64,000 nt of DNA from Candidatus Heimdallarchaeota archaeon (GTDB lineage: Archaea; Asgardarchaeota; Heimdallarchaeia; JABLTI01): positions 35,570 to 99,569 of the forward strand of contig JAHLVW010000083.1 in NCBI GenBank assembly GCA_019058275.1. The letters run 5' to 3'. Position 1 is the first letter of the stretch; each line of letters opens with the position of its first letter. Positions 30,986 through 38,968 of this stretch are shown piece after piece. Under the pieces are notes generated by a model, which saw nothing but the letters and a program-made list of their open reading frames with translations, searched no databases and had not been told where the DNA came from. Made by a program: the position numbers and the translations under genes.

Positions 30986-31699
30986 CTAGAATTCAATTAT
31001 TCTTAGAATTCTTTTTGAATTCTCAATAGATGATTTAGCATCTGCTAGTATTGGTGCACTGCCATCAAATCCAGTTTTCTTAATGAAATCATCCAGAAAT
31101 GCTATCATCTCTTCTGGATTTTGTGCAGCAATTTTATCAAAAGTATCTAAACCTACCTCAAAATACAAACAAGCTCTTTTTTTCATATGACCAGGACATC
31201 GAGCAAGATTAGCAATTTTAACGAATTTTAATATCTCTTCTATTGGAACTTTTGAACTCTCAGCTAATACTTCTCTTTCCTTCTTATTTCTTCCTACATC
31301 AAGTATTTGACTTGCAGTTTTTATTCCTATCTTTGCTAAGCTCTTTGCGTGTTCTTGGTTTACAGTCATAAAGTTTTTCAGTTTGAATTTTTCTAGTTGA
31401 ATCATTTGCATTATTTGATTACAAGCATATGATAATAGCTTATTTTCTAAGAAACGATAATACTCGCGAATACCAAATAATTCTAGATAAGCGTTTATTT
31501 TATTGCTCTTACTCCAATCAACGAAATCTTGAAGATCCTGAATTGTTAATTCTCCAATTGATTTTCTTATTTTGGTATCAAACAAATATTGTTCGAATCT
31601 CTTAACTCGATTAATATAGGAATTTATTGTGTCTGTAGGTTTTTTCTTCTCTTTCATATAATTAAAAAATCCTGTTTCATCCAATTCAATCACCCTCAC
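30986..31699 (-). CDS. Integrase-SAM-like N-domain + DUF4332-like helix-hairpin-helix protein
   Basis: N-terminal FFNYMKEKKKPTDTINSYINRVKRF...IREYYRFL; C-terminal LAKIGIKTASQIL, ANLARCPG, LYFEVGLDT. Confidence 0.78.
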   Translation of the reverse strand: MRVIELDETGFFNYMKEKKKPTDTINSYINRVKRFEQYLFDTKIRKSIGELTIQDLQDFVDWSKSNKINAYLELFGIREYYRFLENKLLSYACNQIMQMIQLEKFKLKNFMTVNQEHAKSLAKIGIKTASQILDVGRNKKEREVLAESSKVPIEEILKFVKIANLARCPGHMKKRACLYFEVGLDTFDKIAAQNPEEMIAFLDDFIKKTGFDGSAPILADAKSSIENSKRILRIIEF

Positions 31700-32730
31700 T
31701 ATTTTCTTTCTTCCGTTTTCTTGACAACTTCCTTAGGAAGATGTATAGCAAATAAGCATCTTGAATCACCATCCAATATGGTTTCAACAACATCAACATT
31801 AATTGGGTGATCAAGAATTACATCCCATTGGTTCTTATAGTATCCTGCACTGCACTTGCAGAATTTAGATGGAACCTGTATTTCTCCAGTTTTCAATGCT
31901 TCTCGCACCCAAGAGCAATGGCAATAATAGTATTGCTTCATTTTCTCATCAGTTTCTTCTAGGAATTGTTTAGTCATGTAAGGAATTTTCTCTGCGTAAA
32001 CAATGTTTCCCTTTCTCACTCCACGCTCTATTTGAGGATTGTTTTTTACATGATCAATAACTTGATCATCGATTTCTTGAGTATAGAATAGTGTTTTTTC
32101 ATCTCTATGCTTCTCTAATGTCTTAATGAAATCAGCATTTCTTTCCTTTAGGTATTCATCAACATTTTCCGTTTTCAGAAATTTCTCTCTTTGTCTTTTG
32201 TAGCTTTCCTTCGGAATACCATGAAGATTGCTGACAAGAATTTTATGACAAGTTTTCTCATCAAGATTTTCTTCTAAACGTTCCATAACTTTCTTTGTTA
32301 TTACAGGTTTTTTATCAGAAGTCGTTCCTAAAACAGGAAAATCTATACCGGCTAGAATTTGTTTTCCTTTCTCTTCACCCACAGCTTCAAACAATTCTCT
32401 CGATAAATTAACTAGAACATCACTACCATCTAATAGTTCGTATAATGCAATAAGCATATCATTGTTTCCAGAGAAATAACAGTATCTAATCAATGCGTAA
32501 AGATTCTCTTTCTTATTTTTTCCAGTTGCTATCAATTCTTGAGCGAAGTTATGAACATCTTCTTCTTTTGCTGAGTCAATATTTCGTTTAGCTTCTAGTA
32601 AAAAGTCATCGAATTCTTTTACAACCTCTATCGCTTTTTCTACTATCTCTTCACTATATTCTCTTTTTTCACAAAATTTCTTGAATCCTTCAATGTCCAT
32701 TATTATACCTTCTTTTTTTGGTAGCTTCAA
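31699..32730 (-). CDS. Integrase-SAM-like N-domain + V4R-like (DUF6144-like) Cys-rich domain (likely start ATG 32700)
   Basis: MDIEGFKKF...; YYCHCSW...FCKCSAG...TILDGDSRCLFAIHLP; paralog of 21453-22439. Confidence 0.78.
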   Translation of the reverse strand: MKLPKKEGIIMDIEGFKKFCEKREYSEEIVEKAIEVVKEFDDFLLEAKRNIDSAKEEDVHNFAQELIATGKNKKENLYALIRYCYFSGNNDMLIALYELLDGSDVLVNLSRELFEAVGEEKGKQILAGIDFPVLGTTSDKKPVITKKVMERLEENLDEKTCHKILVSNLHGIPKESYKRQREKFLKTENVDEYLKERNADFIKTLEKHRDEKTLFYTQEIDDQVIDHVKNNPQIERGVRKGNIVYAEKIPYMTKQFLEETDEKMKQYYYCHCSWVREALKTGEIQVPSKFCKCSAGYYKNQWDVILDHPINVDVVETILDGDSRCLFAIHLPKEVVKKTEERK

Positions 32731-32756
32731 TGTATGTTTTGTAGTAGTATATTAGA

Positions 32757-32776
32757 TTTCTCATCAAATTGAGAAA
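32757..32776. promoter_or_regulatory. Inverted repeat, possible operator in a divergent promoter
   Basis: TTTCTCA-N6-TGAGAAA between the divergent genes starting at 32730 and 32908. Confidence 0.3.
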
Positions 32777-32907
32777 GTTTTCACATTAATGTAAGACTGA
32801 AGCCGGATTATATATGGACTTTGATTAGAGATTACCGAAAGTAATAAACACTTTAAGTTACCTCTCCAATCAGCAAAAGTATTTAGGTAAAAATAAGAGA
32901 TTTATCA

Positions 32908-34179
32908 GTGCAGAAGATGAAAATAGAAGAAAAGCTTGTTAAAACACTTATTCGACAGGGTGGTCCATCAGTATTTTCTTGGTCTGAAATCTACTTGAAT
33001 CCATACCAAGGCTGCTATCACAACTGTGTTTATTGTGACGGAAAAAGTGAACATTATCATATGCATGATGATTTTGGTGATAGAATTTTTGTTAAGAAAA
33101 ATGCTCCTGCTCTTTTCGAGAAGTTTCTGAAAAACAAGAGTTTTCAGCCAGTTCATGAGAAAGAACAATCTGCGATCGATGAATTCTTTCCGTCCTTAAA
33201 GGCAATTCCTAATTCTAAGGTTTTACCTAAATCAATTATTACTATTGGTGGTGGTGTCTGTGATTCCTATCAGCAAGCTGAAGAAACGGTCAAAATAACT
33301 AGAAAGTTACTCGAGATCGTTTATAATTACCAATTTCCTCTTTGGATTCTCACTAAAAATGATCTTGTTCTAAGAGATATTGATTTGATCAAGAAAATCA
33401 ACAAAGAAACATATGCTTGTGTTAATTTTACTATAACGCTAAGTGATGAGAAAGCTCAAAAGATCTTTGAACCTCGAGCAAGCACAACTTCTGAGCGTTT
33501 TGAAGCAATCCGAATTCTTCGTAAGGAGGAAATTCATTCTGGGGTATATTGTTATCCATCTTTACCGTTCATCGGTAATACCGATAAGAATATCCAGGAA
33601 ATTTATCAACGTGCAAAAAGGGTTGGTGCGGAATTTATCTATTGTGATGGATTAACCTTGAAACCTGGTCGTAGTAAGAATGAATTCATGCAAACATTGA
33701 GACAATATTATCCGGACCTCTATCCAAAATACGAGCTACTTTATAGTAATAACAACAAATATGGTCATTTGGATCAAGAACAATTTGAAGATCTTGGGCT
33801 TATGCGGTCATTGCATAGAGGTTACAAATTTGGATATGAAATGGAATTAGATTATGCTGCAAAACGATTTGTACCTGAAGGAAGATTGACTGTCAATCTT
33901 CAACTATCAGAATTATTACGTAGAATTGTTTATCTAAAAGGTAGCATATTGTATGAAGCAAGATATGAAGTTAATGCATTTAACAATGCTGCCAAATTGG
34001 TTGAGAATTCAGGTAGGGACTTTGGGAAACTTAGAGGGGATGAATTTGCGGATATCCCAACCAATATACAAGTCAAAGATGTGATTAAGGAGTTCGTTTT
34101 GACTGGAAAATCTGCTTATCTTAAGGATTTGGAGAAACGTACTTATGATTACTTAGTTGATAAATATTATACGGAATAG
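32908..34179 (+). CDS. Radical SAM protein of the SPL-like/Rv2578c-type group, with a PIP-box match and a PolX-like C-terminal helical domain
   Basis: LNPYQGCYHNCVYC, ILTKNDLVLRDID, FEPRAST; QSAIDEFF; C-terminal AFNNAAKLVE...IKEFVLTGKS. Confidence 0.85.
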   Translation: MQKMKIEEKLVKTLIRQGGPSVFSWSEIYLNPYQGCYHNCVYCDGKSEHYHMHDDFGDRIFVKKNAPALFEKFLKNKSFQPVHEKEQSAIDEFFPSLKAIPNSKVLPKSIITIGGGVCDSYQQAEETVKITRKLLEIVYNYQFPLWILTKNDLVLRDIDLIKKINKETYACVNFTITLSDEKAQKIFEPRASTTSERFEAIRILRKEEIHSGVYCYPSLPFIGNTDKNIQEIYQRAKRVGAEFIYCDGLTLKPGRSKNEFMQTLRQYYPDLYPKYELLYSNNNKYGHLDQEQFEDLGLMRSLHRGYKFGYEMELDYAAKRFVPEGRLTVNLQLSELLRRIVYLKGSILYEARYEVNAFNNAAKLVENSGRDFGKLRGDEFADIPTNIQVKDVIKEFVLTGKSAYLKDLEKRTYDYLVDKYYTE

Positions 34180-34196
34180 AAAGCCGTGTCACAAGA

Positions 34197-35111
34197 ATGA
34201 AAGTTGCTAAAGATATAACAGATTTAATAGGAAAAACTCCCCTAGTTCGACTTCAAAGACTTTTTCCAAATTTCAAAGTTTTTGGAAAATGTGAATTCAT
34301 GAATCCCATGAGTGTTAAGGATCGTCCAATTCTGCAAATATTCAAAGATGCAGAAACAGATGGCAAACTTAAACCAGGGGATACTGTTGTGGAATCCACA
34401 AGTGGCAACACAGGGATAGCTGTAGCATATATTTCAGCAATTCGTGGATATAAAGCTGTCTTGGTGATGTCTGAGATCCAAAGCATTGAACGAAGAAAAA
34501 TCTTGAAAGCTTTGGGAGCTGAACTAATGCTTACTCCAGCTAATCTTGGAACAAAAGGAGCTAGAGACAAATTAAAAGAAATTCGAGAACAGAATCCTGA
34601 ATATTTCTATGTTGGTCAACATGTTAATCCCTCAAATCCAAGAAGTCACTATCTTACAACAGGTCCTGAAATTTGGAAGGACACCAAAGGGAAAATTGAC
34701 ATTCTTATTGCTGGTTTAGGGACAGGTGGAACAATATGTGGTGCAGGTAAGTATCTAAAAGAAATGAAACCAGAAATACAACTTGTAGCTGTTGAACCCT
34801 TTGAATCCCCATTTATATCAAAAGGGATTTTTCGACCCCACAAATTGATGGGAACAGCACCTGGATTTGTTCCTGAAACACTTGATAGAGAAATAATTGA
34901 TGAAATAAAACTTGTTAAGGAAAGTGATGCTTTTGCAATGTGTCGATTACTTGGCAAGAAAGAAGGTATACTTGCTGGTATCAGCTCTGGAGCTACATCC
35001 AAAGTTGCAGCAGACATCCTACAGTATCAGGAAAATAAGAATAAAACTATTGTTGTTATTTTAGCTGACACCGGAGAACGTTATTTGAGTGTTGAAGGAT
35101 TATTTACATAA
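34197..35111 (+). CDS. cysK: Cysteine synthase (O-acetylserine sulfhydrylase family)
   Basis: IGKTPLVRL, SVKDR PLP lysine, ESTSGNTG, GTGGT, GISSGA, DTGERYLS. Confidence 0.93.
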   Translation: MKVAKDITDLIGKTPLVRLQRLFPNFKVFGKCEFMNPMSVKDRPILQIFKDAETDGKLKPGDTVVESTSGNTGIAVAYISAIRGYKAVLVMSEIQSIERRKILKALGAELMLTPANLGTKGARDKLKEIREQNPEYFYVGQHVNPSNPRSHYLTTGPEIWKDTKGKIDILIAGLGTGGTICGAGKYLKEMKPEIQLVAVEPFESPFISKGIFRPHKLMGTAPGFVPETLDREIIDEIKLVKESDAFAMCRLLGKKEGILAGISSGATSKVAADILQYQENKNKTIVVILADTGERYLSVEGLFT

Positions 35112-35234
35112 AAATGAGCGAATAGTAATTGATTGCCCATATTTCTTGTATAAAATTTAAAAAGGTTAATTCGCTAAAAGCAATAACTCAAATTGAATCT
35201 ATAAACGTTTAACAAATTCAAGGAGATAAAGAAA

Positions 35235-36329
35235 ATGGCAACTTCTGATAGTGATAACTATATAATTGAACAATTTACTTTGAAGGATTCACATTTCAAG
35301 GAATTAGCTGATCTTATTACTGGAGCATTCCTTGCTGATGAAGCAGCTCAAGATGATGGAGCTGTACTTGTTTTTACGGAACAAACATTTAGAACAATTT
35401 TTGGGTTACCATCAGTTGATAGAAGGCTCTTTGTTCGAGCAAGATACAAACCCACAAATGAAATTGTAGGATTTCTTGGAACTATTAACAAGAAATTGTT
35501 GTTAGATGGAAAACAATACAAATGTGGTATTCCAGCTTGGTTAGCTGTATCGAAAAGACACCAAAGGAAAGGATTAGCAAAAAGGATGGGATTAAAGATG
35601 CTTGAACTAGGTCAAGCAGAGGGTTATGATGCTGCATTTTCATTTCATGAGTCAGAACAACATGGTATAGATACATCTCAAGCTGTTGCTCGAGAAGCTG
35701 GTATACCTATTAATAGATTGGTTTTACTAGACAAATTTGTAATTCGAGCATTTGATATAGGAGAAACAGCTAAAGCTGTAAAGCTAAAATGGTATGAAAA
35801 ATTATACTTCAAGACGAAAGAAAAAGTAGGTAAAGTAAAATCCAAACAAGTACGCCTTTATGACCCTAAAGATATCGACCAAATATTTGATCTTACAATG
35901 GATCTTGTTTTCAAATCACATTTGTCTATTGTTCCAGAATATGAAGATATGAAATGGATGCTGAATCAACCTAATGTTCTATGTGTTGTTCATGAGAATA
36001 AGGATGGGAAAATTAATGGCTATATACTAGTTTGGCAGTTCATATTAGCCGGTTTTGGCAATGAAGTACCTTATGGATGGTTGGATACTGTTCATGCCTA
36101 CAATCTAAATCAAAAAGAAGTTAAAGATTTGGCAAACTTCATGAGTCAAGAGGCAATAAAACTAGGATGGAAAGGCGTACAAACACCATACATTCCTTAC
36201 TTTGATGCTAAACCATTTATCAAAGCAAACTTCATCTTTTTCGGAAAGAAAGTAGGTATAGATTTGTTTAACTGGTCAAATATCCCTATACCAGAGAAAA
36301 TTGAATCGATTTACTTCATCTTGCGATAA
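35235..36329 (+). CDS. Tandem GNAT-fold acyltransferase
   Basis: LAVSKRHQRKGLA motif; a second GNAT-like half starts near VRLYDPKDIDQI. Confidence 0.8.
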   Translation: MATSDSDNYIIEQFTLKDSHFKELADLITGAFLADEAAQDDGAVLVFTEQTFRTIFGLPSVDRRLFVRARYKPTNEIVGFLGTINKKLLLDGKQYKCGIPAWLAVSKRHQRKGLAKRMGLKMLELGQAEGYDAAFSFHESEQHGIDTSQAVAREAGIPINRLVLLDKFVIRAFDIGETAKAVKLKWYEKLYFKTKEKVGKVKSKQVRLYDPKDIDQIFDLTMDLVFKSHLSIVPEYEDMKWMLNQPNVLCVVHENKDGKINGYILVWQFILAGFGNEVPYGWLDTVHAYNLNQKEVKDLANFMSQEAIKLGWKGVQTPYIPYFDAKPFIKANFIFFGKKVGIDLFNWSNIPIPEKIESIYFILR

Positions 36330-36419
36330 ACTAAAGAAGGAAATTAGCAAATTGGAATCTTTCTTCCTTTTTTATCCTGAATTGTAAATGTTTAAATCAT
36401 CTTTTGAGCATAAAAACTT

Positions 36420-37050
36420 ATGACATCTAATTTGAAATCACTTAAAACGGTTAAAGAAATCAGAAATCGAACTTGCGATTGATATGTTTTCTCGGGCTTT
36501 TCTCAATGATCCACTAGCTGCTTATATTTTTCCAAACGAAAAGAAACGGCAAGAAAATTTACAGCATTATTTTCGCTTTCGTATAAAATACGGTGTATTA
36601 AATGGTGAAGTTTATGCACCATCTCCCAACATTGAAGGATTAGCAATCTGGATACATCCAAGCAACATAGATATGACTTACTGGCAAATGTTTCGAGCAG
36701 GTGGTATGAGACAGTTTCGTAAGTTAGGAAAGGAAAAGATAGGAAAAATGCTAACAATAGAAAAATACACATCAGCTATGCGCCATTGAAATACTAATTT
36801 TCCACATTAGCATCTAACACCAATTGGTGTTGATCCTGAGCACCAAGGTAAGGGATATGCTAGCACATTGATGAGAGCGATGTTAGAACGGTTTGATAAA
36901 GAAAACATTGCTTGCTTTCTTGAAACACAAAGTCAGAAAAACGTTGAGATATACAAACGATATGATTTCAAAGTAGTAGAAAAAGGAATTATTCCAAAAG
37001 CAAATCTTGAACATTGGGCAATGGTAAGATTACCTAAAAAAATAAAATGA
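36420..37050 (+). pseudogene. GNAT acetyltransferase (puromycin-acetyltransferase-like) pseudogene
   Basis: SRAFLNDPL..., PH*HLTPIGVDPEHQGKGYA, FLETQSQKNVEIYKRYDF. In-frame TGA at 36787 and TAG at 36808, plus a 5' frameshift near 36445. Confidence 0.85.
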
Positions 37051-37078
37051 AAGAAGAAGAGATCCATATTCTCTAATT

Positions 37079-38968
37079 CTAATCGCTTGCATGTTGCTCC
37101 ACTGGTTGTGGATGGTCATTTGTGTATTCAAATTGGCTTCCGTGTAATTCAGCATAGAATCCATCTTGTGCAAGTAGCTCTTCATGAGTTCCTTGTTCTA
37201 CAATGTCTCCATCATGAATGACGAGGATAAGATCAGCATTTCGGATTGTAGATAAACGATGAGCAATTACAAAACTTGTTCTATTCTTCATCAAATCGTC
37301 CATTGCTTTCTGGATTAAAATTTCTGTACGAGTGTCTACTGAACTGGTTGCCTCATCGAGAATAAGGACTGGTGGATCAGCTAATACTGCTCTTGCTATT
37401 GTAAGAAGCTGCTTCTGACCTTGGGAGATATTTGTCACTTCTTCATTGATTATCATATCATACCCATCAGGTAAAGTGTGGACAAATCTATCCACATATG
37501 CTGCTTTAGCAGCAGCTTTGACTTCTTTATCAGTTGCATCAAGACGTCCGTAACGTATATTTTCCATTATGGTTCCATTAAAGAGCCAAGTATTTTGTAG
37601 AACCATACCAAACTTATCACGTAAATCTTTACGTGTAAGATTACGTATGTCGATACCATCTACTGAAATAGCTCCGTCATTTAATTCATAGAATCGCATA
37701 AGGAGTTTAACCATAGTAGTTTTACCAGCTCCTGTTGGACCAACTAAAGCAATTTTCTGTCCTGGTTTTACTAAAGCTGAAAAGTTGTGAATGATTGTTT
37801 TTTCTGGATTATATCCAAAATTAACATTTTTAAATTCTACGCGACCTTTCACATATCCTATTTTGAGAGGTTCAGGTGTGTCTGCAACTTCCTCTGATTC
37901 ATTTAGAAATTCAAACACTCGTTCTGATGCTGCAGCAGTTTGTTGTAGAACGTTAGATGCGCTAGCTATTTGACCTAGCGGTCGAGTGAAAGAGCGTACA
38001 TATTGAATAAATGCTTGAATATCACCTACAGTAATAGCATTTTGAGTGGTTAAATATCCACCTAAGATTGCGACAGCAACATATCCTAGATTTCCGATGA
38101 AAGTCATCAAAGGCATCATTAATCCGGAAAAGAATTGTGATTTCCAAGCAGATTTATAAAGTGTGTTGTTGTATCCACCAAATGTTTCTTGACTCTTTTC
38201 TTCCGCATTGTAAGCTTTCACAATAGTATGACCACCAAACATCTCTTCTACATGACTGTTGACATGTCCTAGATACTCTTGCTGTTGATTGAAGTGTTTT
38301 TGTGATCTTTTTACAATGAAAACTATCATTAATCCTGATAATGGGATTACTCCTATGACTAACAAAGCCATCTTCCAGCTAATAGTAAACATCATAACAA
38401 GTACACCGATTACGGTTATTACCGATGTAATGATCTGTGTGAGACTGTTGCTTAATGTTTGATTAATTGTATCTACATCATTAGTTAAACGTGAGAGTAT
38501 TTCACCATGGGTAGTACTATCATAGTATTTGAGCTTCATGCGATTCATTTTTTCAGAGATATCTTTTCGCAAACGATAGGCAATGTCAGTTGAAACTTTA
38601 GCCATTATCCATCCTTGAATATATGCTAGAATTGCTGATCCCACATAAAGTGATAAAGTAATCAGTATTATCCTACCAATAAAGTCAAAATCGACTGAAC
38701 CTGTTCCCCGAATAGTTTCAATTAATCCTTCGAATAATTCAGTAGTAGCTCTTCCTAGGATTTTCGGTCCTACAATACTAGCAGTAGTAGAAGCTATTGC
38801 AATCAGAATTGCAACAATTATTATTGCTTTGTATCTACCGAGATATTGTAGTAGTTTAACCATTGTTCCTTTGAAATCTTTGGCCTTTTCTCCTCCTCCC
38901 CTCATCATTCCACCCATTGGTCCTCCTCTTCTCGGACCGCTTTGCTGACGTCGTTGATTTTGGCTCAT
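37079..38968 (-). CDS. ABC exporter permease/ATPase subunit (consensus Walker B)
   Basis: TM domain, GPTGAGKT, ISQGQKQ, ILDEATS, IAHRLSTI. Confidence 0.95.
   Translation of the reverse strand: MSQNQRRQQSGPRRGGPMGGMMRGGGEKAKDFKGTMVKLLQYLGRYKAIIIVAILIAIASTTASIVGPKILGRATTELFEGLIETIRGTGSVDFDFIGRIILITLSLYVGSAILAYIQGWIMAKVSTDIAYRLRKDISEKMNRMKLKYYDSTTHGEILSRLTNDVDTINQTLSNSLTQIITSVITVIGVLVMMFTISWKMALLVIGVIPLSGLMIVFIVKRSQKHFNQQQEYLGHVNSHVEEMFGGHTIVKAYNAEEKSQETFGGYNNTLYKSAWKSQFFSGLMMPLMTFIGNLGYVAVAILGGYLTTQNAITVGDIQAFIQYVRSFTRPLGQIASASNVLQQTAAASERVFEFLNESEEVADTPEPLKIGYVKGRVEFKNVNFGYNPEKTIIHNFSALVKPGQKIALVGPTGAGKTTMVKLLMRFYELNDGAISVDGIDIRNLTRKDLRDKFGMVLQNTWLFNGTIMENIRYGRLDATDKEVKAAAKAAYVDRFVHTLPDGYDMIINEEVTNISQGQKQLLTIARAVLADPPVLILDEATSSVDTRTEILIQKAMDDLMKNRTSFVIAHRLSTIRNADLILVIHDGDIVEQGTHEELLAQDGFYAELHGSQFEYTNDHPQPVEQHASD

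Noticed and set aside
20728-32730. Integrase or prophage call for the SAM-like-domain genes
   Set aside because: No catalytic tyrosine-recombinase domain, att-like repeats or viral genes were seen
13052-37050. Stop-codon reassignment or pyrrolysine read-through as an explanation for the internal TAGs
   Set aside because: The internal stops are mixed (TAG, TAA, TGA) and come with frameshifts. TAG is the true terminator of mutL and mutS. No pyl genes were seen in the window.
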